This document shows positions 27,064 through 36,265 of a DNA stretch of 64,000 nucleotides, in pieces. Position 1 is the stretch's first letter. The number at the start of each line of letters is the position of its first letter. This DNA is from Chloroflexota bacterium (GTDB lineage: Bacteria > Chloroflexota > Dormibacteria > DASZGP01): NCBI GenBank assembly GCA_034666405.1, contig JAXDLW010000015.1:11387-75386 (forward strand). The letters are read 5' to 3'. The position numbers and the translations under genes are program-made. Below the pieces are notes generated by a model. The model made no database searches. It saw nothing but the letters and a program-made list of their open reading frames with translations, and was not told the origin of the DNA.

Positions 27064-28233
27064 ATGACGGGCCGGCTCCTCGTGGCAAAGGCGGTACGAC
27101 CGAGCAATCGGTCGTGCCTCTTGGTCCTAGGGTGTCTCGTCGCCACCCTGTTCACCATGGTCGGCGCCATCCCGGTGGCAGCCGCATCGCCCACACCGGA
27201 TTTGACCAGGCCCCAGCTGTTCGGCGTCCACCCGCTGCTGCAGGGTCAGACGACACTTCCCGGAGGGCACTTCAGCTTCGCGCTGGTGGCGGGGCAGACC
27301 GCAACCGATGGTGTCGTCGTGGAGAACTTCGCCGATCAACCTCTCGATTTCCATATCTACGGTGCGGATCTACTGACCGCCGTCGGAGGTGGGCTCGCAC
27401 CAGCACAGGCGACCGACGCCATGCATGAGGCAGGGGCCTGGATCGTCGTCGCAACGCCACGAGTCACCATTCCGGCCCACAGCCGGATCACGAGCATGTT
27501 CACCATCAGCTTGCCGTCCGCGATCTCGCCGGGCGAGCACCTCGGCGCCCTGGTGGCGGCTGCGCTGGTGGGGACATCCTCTCAGGGCAGCACCATCGAA
27601 GCCCGCACCGCCCTGATCACCAACATCACCGTTCCCGGAGCCATCAGCCCCTCCGGCAGGCTCGGCCCGCTGAGCAGAACTCCGGGCATGTCACGGGACG
27701 TCGGTTTCGCGATCATCCTCTCGAACACCGGCAACCTGCTGCTTACCTATGTGGGCTCGGTCGACGTCCTTGACAGGGGCGGACACACCGTGGCGAGCCT
27801 GTCGCTCGCACCCGCCTCCGCATATGTGGTTCCAGGCGGGCACGTCGGGCTGGACGCGGTATGGCCGGGCCTCCCGTCATCCGGGACCTACAGCGCCAGG
27901 GCAACGGTCACCATCCTGGCGAAGGGCAGGCCCGTGGCAACATTGACCTCGCAGTCTCTGCCCCTATCCTTCGCTTCCCCAGCTCCCATCCCTCCAGCTG
28001 TCGCGACGGCGTTGGGTGGGTTCGTTCTTGCGGCTGGCATCGTGATTGCGGTTCGCCGGCGCCGGCGCCGGCCCGGCCGCAGGGTCGCCGTGAAGCAGTT
28101 GTCCCACAATTCCGACTGGATCAGTAGGGATTCCTGTATGCTTCCGGCCATGACGCGCTCGACAACCGTCCGGCTCTCGCGATCGCTCTTCAGCGACCAT
28201 GCCGGCTGCTCCAGCGCGATCTGTATCGCCTGA
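27064..28233 (+). CDS. Surface protein: signal peptide, ~300-aa extracellular region, TM helix followed by poly-Arg (hypothetical)
   Basis: Signal 'LLVLGCLVATLFTMVGAIPVAAA' and a late TM 'ALGGFVLAAGIVIAV' followed by 'RRRRRRPGRR'. The architecture is reminiscent of DUF916/DUF3324 cell-surface proteins of WxL loci. Follows the small secreted gene after 41 nt. Confidence 0.5.
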   Translation: MTGRLLVAKAVRPSNRSCLLVLGCLVATLFTMVGAIPVAAASPTPDLTRPQLFGVHPLLQGQTTLPGGHFSFALVAGQTATDGVVVENFADQPLDFHIYGADLLTAVGGGLAPAQATDAMHEAGAWIVVATPRVTIPAHSRITSMFTISLPSAISPGEHLGALVAAALVGTSSQGSTIEARTALITNITVPGAISPSGRLGPLSRTPGMSRDVGFAIILSNTGNLLLTYVGSVDVLDRGGHTVASLSLAPASAYVVPGGHVGLDAVWPGLPSSGTYSARATVTILAKGRPVATLTSQSLPLSFASPAPIPPAVATALGGFVLAAGIVIAVRRRRRRPGRRVAVKQLSHNSDWISRDSCMLPAMTRSTTVRLSRSLFSDHAGCSSAICIA

Positions 28234-28333
28234 CTCTCCCGCCCCAGTAAGCCGCACTTCGCGGCCACAATCCCGGGCGTCGAATCCGCCGGTCTTCGTG
28301 ACCGGCTGGCGCCACAACCAGGAGAGACAGGCA

Positions 28334-28897
28334 ATGAGTTCAATCAGTCTTCCGCGCCCCCAGGGTAGCTCCCCGAACCCGCGACCGGAAGGTCACACGC
28401 CGCTTCTCGACGGACTCGGCCTCGAGCCCGCTGAGCGCCTGCTGTCGCGTGAGCGGCTGGCCGACATCACGGCCGCGGTGGCTGATCGAGCCGAGGTCTG
28501 GCGGCCCCACGTTCGTCATCAAAAGCGCCGGCGCTGGTTCGAGTTGCTGCTTGTCACCGAGGCTGTCGAGATCTGGCTCATCGGTTGGAGCGCCGGCCAA
28601 TGGACACCTCTGCACGACCACGGCGGAGCCTTTGGCGCGCTGACGGTTGCCGAGGGGCAGTTGACTGAGGTTGAGTTCCCGGACGGGGCGGGCGGGGTCC
28701 GGCTGCGCCGCGTGCATGACGCGCCGGCCACCGTCGCCTTCGAGACGCACCACGTCCACCGGGTCGGCAACCGGGGCCCTGGCAACGCGACGAGCATTCA
28801 CGCCTACTCGCCGTCCAACCTCTCGATGCGGACGTACGATGAGGTCGAGATGTCCGGTTCGCCGCAGGTCTCAGCCGAGTGGGAGGCGGCACTCTGA
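28334..28897 (+). CDS. Cysteine-dioxygenase-type-I-like cupin (thiol dioxygenase)
   Basis: 'IGWSAGQWTPLHDHGG' fits the CDO cupin motif 1, and 'THHVHRVGN' a second His-containing motif. AGGAGAG RBS precedes ATG 28334. Confidence 0.65.
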   Translation: MSSISLPRPQGSSPNPRPEGHTPLLDGLGLEPAERLLSRERLADITAAVADRAEVWRPHVRHQKRRRWFELLLVTEAVEIWLIGWSAGQWTPLHDHGGAFGALTVAEGQLTEVEFPDGAGGVRLRRVHDAPATVAFETHHVHRVGNRGPGNATSIHAYSPSNLSMRTYDEVEMSGSPQVSAEWEAAL

Positions 28898-29316
28898 TGA
28901 CCGTCGACGAGATGCTTGAGGATGCGAGGCACCGGCTCGTACGCGTCGGGGCAGTCGCCGCGGCGGCCGAGCTGGGGCAGGGCGCGCTGCTGGTGGATAT
29001 CCGTCCCGAGGCCCAGCGGCACTCGGAGGGCCAGATCCCGGGGGCGCTGGTGATCGAGCGGAATGTGCTGGAGTGGCGACTCGACCCGACGTCGGAATGG
29101 CGGATTCCAGAGCTCCGAGGTCCAGACACGCGGGTGATCGTCGTGTGTTCCGAGGGGTACACATCGAGCCTCGCGGCGGCGGCCCTTCAGGACCTTGGCC
29201 TACACCGCGCAACCGACCTGGAGGGAGGCTTCTGGGCGTGGTTCGACGCCGGTCTCCCGACCGAGACGGCCGGCCGGGACAGGCTGGAGAACCAGGCGAC
29301 GGCGCATGGCGGTTAG
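28897..29316 (+). CDS. Rhodanese-domain sulfurtransferase
   Basis: Active-site loop 'VVCSEGYTSS' with the catalytic Cys. Its ATG overlaps the CDO-like stop by 1 nt (TGATG). Confidence 0.8.
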   Translation: MTVDEMLEDARHRLVRVGAVAAAAELGQGALLVDIRPEAQRHSEGQIPGALVIERNVLEWRLDPTSEWRIPELRGPDTRVIVVCSEGYTSSLAAAALQDLGLHRATDLEGGFWAWFDAGLPTETAGRDRLENQATAHGG

Positions 29317-29394
29317 GTTCCGCCTTACGGGGCGCTCAGATGGCGGCCCCGGCGCGGGTGTCTCGCGCTTCGGTGCGATCGCACCAGCACGCCC

Positions 29395-29952
29395 TCAGTG
29401 GTCGAACACCGACCAGCAGATTTCGTTCCGCAACCGCTGGTCGTCGAGTACGAGCTCGCGAATCGCCGCGGCGAGTTGCTCCCGCTGCCACCGGCACTCC
29501 AGTCGCCCTGCACTGTCGCCCTCTCCTTCCGGCGCGGCAGCGCGGGCGGCCTTGATCGCATAGGCGGCCGCGCCGAGCTCGTGGGCGGCGACGTGGGCGA
29601 CGACCGCCGCCTGGCCGGCCGCGAAACCGGCGTGGCGTGCGGCCCCGCTGAGCTCCCTGGCCGCGGCCATCGCATGGCCACCACCCGCTCGGGCCTGGGA
29701 CATAGTGACCTCGCCACGCGCCCAGGCGCGGGCCCGCTCGATTGCCTGGCGCGGTCGCGGGTCCCCCGGCCGAGCCAACTCAAACAGGTCGAGGACGTGC
29801 TCCGCGCAGGATGCTGCCCATAGCGCGAGGAGCTGGTGATCCGAATCGGTGAGGGTTCCGCCGCGGCGGATGGTCACCAATCGAGGGTCGCGGACTTTCG
29901 GGAGGATCACGCCCGGTAGCCCTTCTGTTTGACACTGCCCAACGCCCTCCAT
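29395..29952 (-). CDS. Imm-5-like putative immunity-domain protein
   Basis: 'LLALWAASCAEHVLDLFELARPGDPRPRQAIERARAWARGEVTMSQARAGGGHAMAAARELS...AAHELGAAAYAIKAARAA' resembles Imm-5-type immunity proteins, recognised from memory. Start chosen at the internal ATG 29952; the ORF could extend to 30177. Confidence 0.45.
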   Translation of the reverse strand: MEGVGQCQTEGLPGVILPKVRDPRLVTIRRGGTLTDSDHQLLALWAASCAEHVLDLFELARPGDPRPRQAIERARAWARGEVTMSQARAGGGHAMAAARELSGAARHAGFAAGQAAVVAHVAAHELGAAAYAIKAARAAAPEGEGDSAGRLECRWQREQLAAAIRELVLDDQRLRNEICWSVFDH

Positions 29953-31339
29953 GATGCCCACAATCACCGGTCTCACACAGAGGATTTGCGCGTACGATGG
30001 CGCTGTTATCGCGCGTCGACACGTCGGGAGCTCCCAGCTCAGGGCAGCGATCACGCTGGCTTTCAGCGCCGCCCTGTTGGTGATCGGCGCCTTGGGCGCC
30101 CAGGCGGCCAACCGCCCGCCGCTCCCGTCGAGCGGCCGGGAGATCGCTCCCGGCTTCATACCCCGACCCTGCACCACCGCCGCCGAGCTGGCTACCCAGG
30201 GCTACTACTTCTCAGACCGGGCGAACGGATGGATCCAGGCACCGTTCTGTTATGGCAAGTGGGGCAACCTTGACGCCTCCGGGTCGCAGATCGTCGCGGC
30301 CGGTGCCCGGGTGACGGTGAGGGCGATTCCCAACGGCGGTTCGAATTCCGCCACCTACGCCCCTCAGACGGGCGCGATCCAATGGCAGTACCCGGGTCAG
30401 CGTGTCGACGGCTGTGGCGCCAAGGACCTGACCTGCACGGTGGTTCCAGCGACGGCGTCGCGTGCGGAGTGGCAGTGGCTCGAGTTCCATGTGTCCATGC
30501 CACGGACGTATTTCATCGATTCTCCGGGCGACCTCTGCGGCGGCATGCACCTGTGCGCGGGGGTCACCACCAACGCGTGGACGTTCGTTGGCATCGCTCC
30601 AACCGGCAGTTCCTTCACAACGACCGGCGGCGGATTGGGCAGCCTGCCGCCGCTCCCGCTCATCCTGGCTGCCGCAGCGGCTGCCGCGGCGGTCGCGGCC
30701 GCCTGGAAATACAACTGGAGACGAACCCCCGCGCCGCCCCACCTGCCGGGGGAGACCACCGTCGGCCCGCTGCCCTCGGATCTCTCCTCCTACGCCGCCG
30801 GGGGGCGCATCGTGGAGTCCGTGAACCCGCCCCTGCCAACCGTCACGACACCGGGTGGTGGCGGTGCCGCGGGCGGGGTGGGGTCAGCCGGCGGTGGCGG
30901 CCGCTCGGCGCCCACCGACCCGACCAGCGATGCCGAGGCCTGGGATGCCGCCCATCCTGACCCGGCGGCGGCGGATCCCACGGGCGGCGGATCGACCAGT
31001 GCGGGTCAGCAGGCGTACCAGCAAAAGGTGGCGCAGCACAAGGCCGACGTGCAGCAGAGGGCGCAGGACCTGGCGAAGGCGTCGGACGCGGCCAAGACCA
31101 AATTGGGCGCCCCGGCCGGGCAGGCAGCCCCCAGCAGCGACGCCGAGGCCTGGGATGCCGCCCATCCTGACCCGGCGGCGGCGGATCCCACGGGGGGCGG
31201 ATCGACCAGCGCGGGTCAGCAGGCGTACCAGCAAAAGGTGGCGCAGCACAAGGCCGACGTGCAGCAGAGAGTGCAGGACCTGGCGAAGGCGTCGGACGCC
31301 GCCAAGACCAAATTGGGCTCGCCGCCGAACACCCCCTGA
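29951..31339 (+). CDS. Single-pass membrane protein: Cys-rich ectodomain, TM, cytoplasmic tandem repeats (hypothetical)
   Basis: Signal/anchor 'AAITLAFSAALLVIGALGAQA', an ectodomain of about 190 aa containing 8 Cys, the TM 'LILAAAAAAAAVAAAW', and two near-identical 70-aa repeats 'SDAEAWDAAHPDPAAADPTGGGSTSAGQQAYQQKVAQHKADVQQRAQDLAKASDAAKTKLG'. Confidence 0.55.
   Translation: MMPTITGLTQRICAYDGAVIARRHVGSSQLRAAITLAFSAALLVIGALGAQAANRPPLPSSGREIAPGFIPRPCTTAAELATQGYYFSDRANGWIQAPFCYGKWGNLDASGSQIVAAGARVTVRAIPNGGSNSATYAPQTGAIQWQYPGQRVDGCGAKDLTCTVVPATASRAEWQWLEFHVSMPRTYFIDSPGDLCGGMHLCAGVTTNAWTFVGIAPTGSSFTTTGGGLGSLPPLPLILAAAAAAAAVAAAWKYNWRRTPAPPHLPGETTVGPLPSDLSSYAAGGRIVESVNPPLPTVTTPGGGGAAGGVGSAGGGGRSAPTDPTSDAEAWDAAHPDPAAADPTGGGSTSAGQQAYQQKVAQHKADVQQRAQDLAKASDAAKTKLGAPAGQAAPSSDAEAWDAAHPDPAAADPTGGGSTSAGQQAYQQKVAQHKADVQQRVQDLAKASDAAKTKLGSPPNTP
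30926..31318. repeat. Direct tandem repeat, 210-bp period, ~1.9 copies, >95% identical
   Basis: Copy 1 starts 'agcgatgccgaggcctgggatgccgcccatcctgac' at 30926 and copy 2 'agcgacgccgaggcctgggatgccgcccatcctgac' at 31136. Both encode the repeated C-terminal module of the membrane protein. Confidence 0.85.
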
Positions 31340-31392
31340 CCGGGCGTCACGCGAGCGAAATGCCCGCGGTTGGCACGACGAGCAGCGCGCTC

Positions 31393-31872
31393 CTACGGGC
31401 GCCGAGAGGAGGGAGCGTAGCGCGGCAGTTTGGCCGGGTCGACGGCGGCCGTGAGCGCGGCCGCCAGCGCAGCAAGCAGTTCCGTAGCCTGCGTTGCATG
31501 GGCTGGCGAGAGCCCTACCATGGTCTGCTCCGCGACCTCGCGCCAGGCCGTGCGCACCTTTGGTAGAAGCGCGCGCCCGCGGTCGCTCAGCTCAACCAGG
31601 GTTGCCCGGCGGTCAGCCGGTGACGGCCGGCGCACAACCAACCCGGCGGCTTCGAGCTGACGCACGCTCAGGGTGATCGTCGGCGGCTCGAATCCGCTTG
31701 CCCCGGCAAGTTGCGCCTGGGTGAGGGGCCCATTCTTTTCAAGCTCCATGAGCAGCAGCTTGTGGCCGGGGTGGATGCCAAACGGAACCAGGGCTGCGAT
31801 GGCCAGCGCACGGTGGCGAATGCTGATCGCGCGGATTGACCTGTTAAGAGCCTCTGCTTCTTCGAAGTTCAT
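31393..31872 (-). CDS. MarR-family transcriptional regulator
   Basis: wHTH 'LTQAQLAGASGFEPPTITLSVRQLEAAGLVVRRPSPADRRATLVELSDRGR'. Confidence 0.8.
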   Translation of the reverse strand: MNFEEAEALNRSIRAISIRHRALAIAALVPFGIHPGHKLLLMELEKNGPLTQAQLAGASGFEPPTITLSVRQLEAAGLVVRRPSPADRRATLVELSDRGRALLPKVRTAWREVAEQTMVGLSPAHATQATELLAALAAALTAAVDPAKLPRYAPSSRRP

Positions 31873-31992
31873 GCCTCTCCTTGACAGTAGATCCTTAGGC
31901 GCCTAACATTAGGCACCTAAGGAAAGTGTAGCTGTCCGGACCCGATCCAGGGTCGACGGAGTAACTCACTTCAATCAAGGAGGAGCCATCTC

Positions 31993-32409
31993 ATGAGCGC
32001 TACCACAATGCATGTGACCACGCCGGCGAACGACGGTCTGAGCCGGTCGCGGGCCCTGGGCGTGGCGGGAGCAGTCCTCGCTGCGGTCGCCGTTTGGGCT
32101 GTCGCTGTCCCAATCCTTGGCATCTCACTGCTGATTCGCTTCGGCAACGGTGCTCCCCAGGGCGTCGGACTGCCGGCGGTCGCAGGCGGCAGCCTCGTCC
32201 TGTCCCTCCTTGGGCTGGGGTTGCTCATAGCCCTCGAAAAGCTGACTGCGAACGCGCGCGAAATATGGACCATCGTCGCCGCCGTCGCCCTCGCCGCCTC
32301 GATGGGCCTCCCAATCGTGGCGGGAACCACGCAGGAGGCGGTGGGCGTTCTGGCCCTGATGCACGTAGTTGCGGGGGCGGTGTTGATCCCCGCACTGCGC
32401 CGCCGCTAG
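31993..32409 (+). CDS. Small membrane protein (hypothetical)
   Basis: AGGAGG RBS and ATG 31993. Four hydrophobic helices. Divergent from the MarR gene, 120-bp intergenic. Confidence 0.5.
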   Translation: MSATTMHVTTPANDGLSRSRALGVAGAVLAAVAVWAVAVPILGISLLIRFGNGAPQGVGLPAVAGGSLVLSLLGLGLLIALEKLTANAREIWTIVAAVALAASMGLPIVAGTTQEAVGVLALMHVVAGAVLIPALRRR

Positions 32410-32546
32410 TCACGCTTCACCCCGGGACAGGTGCCGGCGCGACCGCGTTCCAACGGCGGGGAGGGGGATGTCATGGGGTGGCGCCGGATGGCGCCACCCC
32501 CTTCCGTGAAGGGCCGCCGGACTTACTTACGCCGCCCGGTCTCCGA

Positions 32547-33047
32547 TCAGAACACGAGTCCGTGGGTGCTGATCAGCCGAGGCATGCTGTCAAATTCAAC
32601 CTCCGTCCCGTACTCCGCTGCCAGAGCGGCCATGCTACCGGGGTTCAACTCCCCGGACGCCGCCATCGCAGTGGCCTTCTCGAAGAACTTTTCAAACCCG
32701 GCCGGCGAGATGATCTCCAGGATCCTCGCGGGGGAGTCGCCGGCGTTCCAGAAGGTGTGCCACTGGCCTCGCGGCTTGAAGATCAAGTCACCGGGCTCGC
32801 CATAGACCACTTCCCCTCCGAGCTCTGCCCCAACGCGCCCCTCCAGGACGTAGCTGTACTCGTCCTCCCGGCTGTGGCGGTGCATGGGCGCCGCCAGTGC
32901 CCGAGGTTCCATCGGGTGCTCCACCAACGAAAAGCCTCCGCCGGACTCCTCGCCGTCGATCATGAAGCGAACTCCGATTCCGCCCATTTTCCCGGTTCGG
33001 CCGGCGTCCGGTCCTATCACCCGCGCTGCTGCAATCGCCATGACCAA
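32547..33047 (-). CDS. Cupin-domain protein
   Basis: Cupin motifs 'PMHRHSREDEYSYVLEG' and 'GDLIFKPRGQWHTFWNAG'. AGGAGG RBS precedes ATG 33047. Confidence 0.7.
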   Translation of the reverse strand: MVMAIAAARVIGPDAGRTGKMGGIGVRFMIDGEESGGGFSLVEHPMEPRALAAPMHRHSREDEYSYVLEGRVGAELGGEVVYGEPGDLIFKPRGQWHTFWNAGDSPARILEIISPAGFEKFFEKATAMAASGELNPGSMAALAAEYGTEVEFDSMPRLISTHGLVF

Positions 33048-33100
33048 TTCCTCCTATCAATGAACAGGGCGTTCAATGAAGTGACCATCGTATACGATGG

Positions 33101-33700
33101 TTGAACACCATGTCCACTCAAAAGCGTCCGTACGAACTCAGGGCGCGAGCTGAGCAGCAGGCAATCACCCGTCAGCGCATCGTCGCGGTGACCGCGGAAC
33201 TACACGATGAGCTCGGCCCGGCCCGGACCACCGTCGCGGAGATTGCGCGGCGTGCGGGTGTGCAGCGGCTGACGGTGTACAACCATTTCCCGGACGAGCG
33301 AGGGTTGTACGAGGCCTGCGGTGAGCACTGGATGTCGCAGAATCCTCCTCCCGACCCCAGCGACGCCTTGGAGTTGAGGGACCCGGCAGCCCGGCTGCGG
33401 GCCGTCCTCGTCCCGCTGTACCGGTGGTACCGCCGCACAGCACGCGCGCAGGAAAATATGCAGCGCGACCGCCTGGTCTTGCCGGCGTTCGATGCCGTCA
33501 TGCGGATTCGAGTAGACCAGCAGATGAATCAGCTTGGCGACGCGCTCAGCGCAGCGGTTGGGGTCGCGCCTGGGGTCCGTGCCATCGTCGGGCTGGCCCT
33601 GAACTTCTGGACGTGGCGCACGCTGTCGCTCGGGGGCCTCGGCGACGAGGACGCGGCCGCTGTCATGGTCAAGGCAGTCAGCGCTGCCGGCGATGAGTGA
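33101..33700 (+). CDS. TetR-family transcriptional regulator
   Basis: HTH 'AVTAELHDELGPARTTVAEIARRAGVQRLTVYNHFPDE'. Divergent from the cupin gene. Confidence 0.8.
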   Translation: MNTMSTQKRPYELRARAEQQAITRQRIVAVTAELHDELGPARTTVAEIARRAGVQRLTVYNHFPDERGLYEACGEHWMSQNPPPDPSDALELRDPAARLRAVLVPLYRWYRRTARAQENMQRDRLVLPAFDAVMRIRVDQQMNQLGDALSAAVGVAPGVRAIVGLALNFWTWRTLSLGGLGDEDAAAVMVKAVSAAGDE

Positions 33701-34006
33701 GCATTTGGTCGACACCGATGACCAAGGATGAACTCCGGCGGACTTGATGTACATGGCGGGGTCGTGACCATAAATGGTGGCGGCCAGGGCTCTCCGGTGG
33801 CCCATCTGGGGTCGCGCATTGAGGCCCATCTGAAGCTCAGCCGCAACACGAGCCGGCATGGACTTGTGGGGGGCTAACCACCCGGCTGCGACCCTGCCAG
33901 CACCATTGGCATACACTGCCGAGTCGCCTGAAACTAGCCGAGTGAGGTCGTCTACGGAAGACAAGAATCACGGCATCGGCGCCGGTTGGGCTCCGGAAAG
34001 GGCCTG

Positions 34007-36136
34007 GTGACCGCATCCACTGCCGGCCACGGGCGCATCCTCCGGCGCCTGGTCTGGCTCATAGTGGGACTGGACGTCGCGGCCCTGGCCCTGGCCTTCT
34101 GGCTCGAGTTCGGCGCCGGGTCATCCGTGTCGTTCGCCAGCTACGCCGGCGCCCCGGACTACCCATTCGCGTTCGCCCAAATCGTGACGTTGGGCTTCGG
34201 CGTCCTGATCGCGATGCGACAGCCGCGCAACCCCGTGGGCTGGCTGCTGTTGGCGTCGTCCAGTTGGTTCGTGCTCGGCCGGCTGGACACCAACTACATC
34301 GTCTACGCGATTCATGTGCGACATCGCGCAGTTCCGGGCGCCGACCTGCTTGGAACGCTGAGCCAGATGGACTGGGTCCTCGAAATTGTCCTCAACGCCA
34401 TCTTCCTCCCCCTGGTGTTCCCCACCGGGAGACTGCTCTCGCGCCGTTGGCGGCCTGTTGTCTGGATCGCCGGCGTCGCGGCACTGGCAACCATCCTTGG
34501 CGGAGCCTTCAACTCGCACCCGGATCCCAGCCTCATGGTCGCGGGGGTGCGACCAGTCATCGCCCCGCCCCCGCTGCGCCAGGCCGCTGATGTACTGACC
34601 GGCGCGCTCATCCTGCTGGCGGCCACCGTCCTGGCCGCCGCTCTGTCGCTCGGGTTGCGGTACCGCCGCTCCGGGTCTGAAGTACGGCACCAGATCAAGT
34701 GGCTGCTGTTTGCCGTGTCGGTATACGGACTGGGCTTCGCGGCCGTCATTCCCGGCCTCGTTCTCAACTATCAAGCGCCCTGGCTCGAGGCTGCCGCCGG
34801 GTTCGGGTTGCTCTTGATCCCGGTGTCCGCCGCGGTCGCGGTCCTCAAGTACCGCCTCTACGACATCGACGTTGTCATCAGCCGCACCCTCGCCTACGGC
34901 GCCCTCGCGGCGTTCATCACCCTTGTCTATGTGGCCATCGTGGTCGGGGTCGGGGCGCTCATCGGAAGCGGCGGCCAGCCCAACCTGGCCCTGTCGATTG
35001 TCGCCACCGCGGTCGTTGCGGTCGCCTTTCAACCCGTCCGCGAGCGCCTCCAGAAGCTTGCCAACCGTGCTGTCTACGGCGAGCGCGCTACGCCGTATGA
35101 GGTCCTCTCACAGTTCTCCAAGCGCGTCGCTGAGTCCTACGCTGCCGATGATGTCCTGACGCGGATGGCGCGGGTCCTGGCCGAAGGGACCGGCGCTGCC
35201 CGGGCCGACGTCTGGCTGCGACTGGGCGGCACGCTGCGCAAAGCGGGCTCTTGGCCCCCGGACGCAGAGGAGCGCGTGCTGGCGTTGCTGGCCAGCGATA
35301 TGTTGCCATCAGTGCCTGATGCCGACCGCGCCGTCGAGGTCCGTCACCAGGGCGAACTGCTGGGGGCGCTCACGGTCACAAAACGCGTAGGTGAAGCATT
35401 GACTCCGATCGAAGAAAAATTGCTCGACGACCTCGCCCACCAGGCGGGACTGGTGCTGAAGAATGTCGGTCTGACTGCGGAGTTGTTGCAGCGTCTCGAA
35501 GACCTACGGGCGTCACGCCAGCGCCTGGTGGCGGCCCAGGACCAAGAGCGGCGGCGGCTGGAGCGCAACCTGCACGACGGTGCCCAACAGAACCTGGTGG
35601 CTCTCAAGGTCAAACTCGGGCTGGCGGAGCACATCATCCAGAAGGACCCCGCCAAAGCCAAGGAGCTGATCTTGCAGCTTAAGAGCGATGCGGACGAAGC
35701 TCTGGAAACGCTGCGCGACCTGGCCCGAGGAATCTACCCCCCGCTGCTGGCGGACAAGGGCCTGGTGGCGGCGCTGGAGGGCCAGGCTCGGAAGGCCGCG
35801 GTGCCGGTCGTTGTCCACGCCGAGGGCATCGGGCGTTACGAGCAGGACGTCGAGGCCGCGGTGTACTTCTGCTGCCTCGAAGCACTTCAGAATATCGCCA
35901 AGTACGCCAACGCAACAGCGGGGACGGTCACTCTAGGCGCCACGGCAGGCTTTCTCGCCTTTGAAGTCCGCGACAACGGCGCGGGCTTCGACCCGGACGC
36001 AGTCCCGCGCGGCGCAGGATTGCAGAACATGTCAGACCGGCTTGACGCACTCGGCGGGACGCTCGTGGTGGCATCTGCTCCCGGGAGCGGGACGACCCTG
36101 CGCGCCCGGCTGCCGATCGTCGCCCGTCTCGGCTAA
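34007..36136 (+). CDS. Sensor histidine kinase, HisKA_3 (NarX/DesK-type) with polytopic N-terminal membrane domain
   Basis: Six to eight TM helices in the first ~330 aa. H-box 'LHDGAQQNLVALKVKLGLA' and HATPase 'RDNGAGFDPD...GLQNMSDRLDALGGTLVV'. The start is ambiguous between TTG 33986 and GTG 34007. Confidence 0.8.
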   Translation: MTASTAGHGRILRRLVWLIVGLDVAALALAFWLEFGAGSSVSFASYAGAPDYPFAFAQIVTLGFGVLIAMRQPRNPVGWLLLASSSWFVLGRLDTNYIVYAIHVRHRAVPGADLLGTLSQMDWVLEIVLNAIFLPLVFPTGRLLSRRWRPVVWIAGVAALATILGGAFNSHPDPSLMVAGVRPVIAPPPLRQAADVLTGALILLAATVLAAALSLGLRYRRSGSEVRHQIKWLLFAVSVYGLGFAAVIPGLVLNYQAPWLEAAAGFGLLLIPVSAAVAVLKYRLYDIDVVISRTLAYGALAAFITLVYVAIVVGVGALIGSGGQPNLALSIVATAVVAVAFQPVRERLQKLANRAVYGERATPYEVLSQFSKRVAESYAADDVLTRMARVLAEGTGAARADVWLRLGGTLRKAGSWPPDAEERVLALLASDMLPSVPDADRAVEVRHQGELLGALTVTKRVGEALTPIEEKLLDDLAHQAGLVLKNVGLTAELLQRLEDLRASRQRLVAAQDQERRRLERNLHDGAQQNLVALKVKLGLAEHIIQKDPAKAKELILQLKSDADEALETLRDLARGIYPPLLADKGLVAALEGQARKAAVPVVVHAEGIGRYEQDVEAAVYFCCLEALQNIAKYANATAGTVTLGATAGFLAFEVRDNGAGFDPDAVPRGAGLQNMSDRLDALGGTLVVASAPGSGTTLRARLPIVARLG

Positions 36137-36265
36137 TCCAGTCCCATGGATGCGGGACCGGTGCGGATGGCGGTCCTTGATGACACGTGCGGAACCTCAT
36201 TCAACTGGTGCAGATGAACGCTTGAATCCCGCGGGCTCGGATCTCGGTCCGTTAGGCTCGGAGAC

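Noticed and set aside
33200-33964. 254-aa minus-strand ORF overlapping the TetR gene, and the lower-GC 33701-33985 intergenic region
   Set aside because: Antisense to a well-supported TetR over most of its length. The remaining 33701-33964 piece has no start-site signals or motifs. It probably holds promoter/leader sequence for the sensor kinase.
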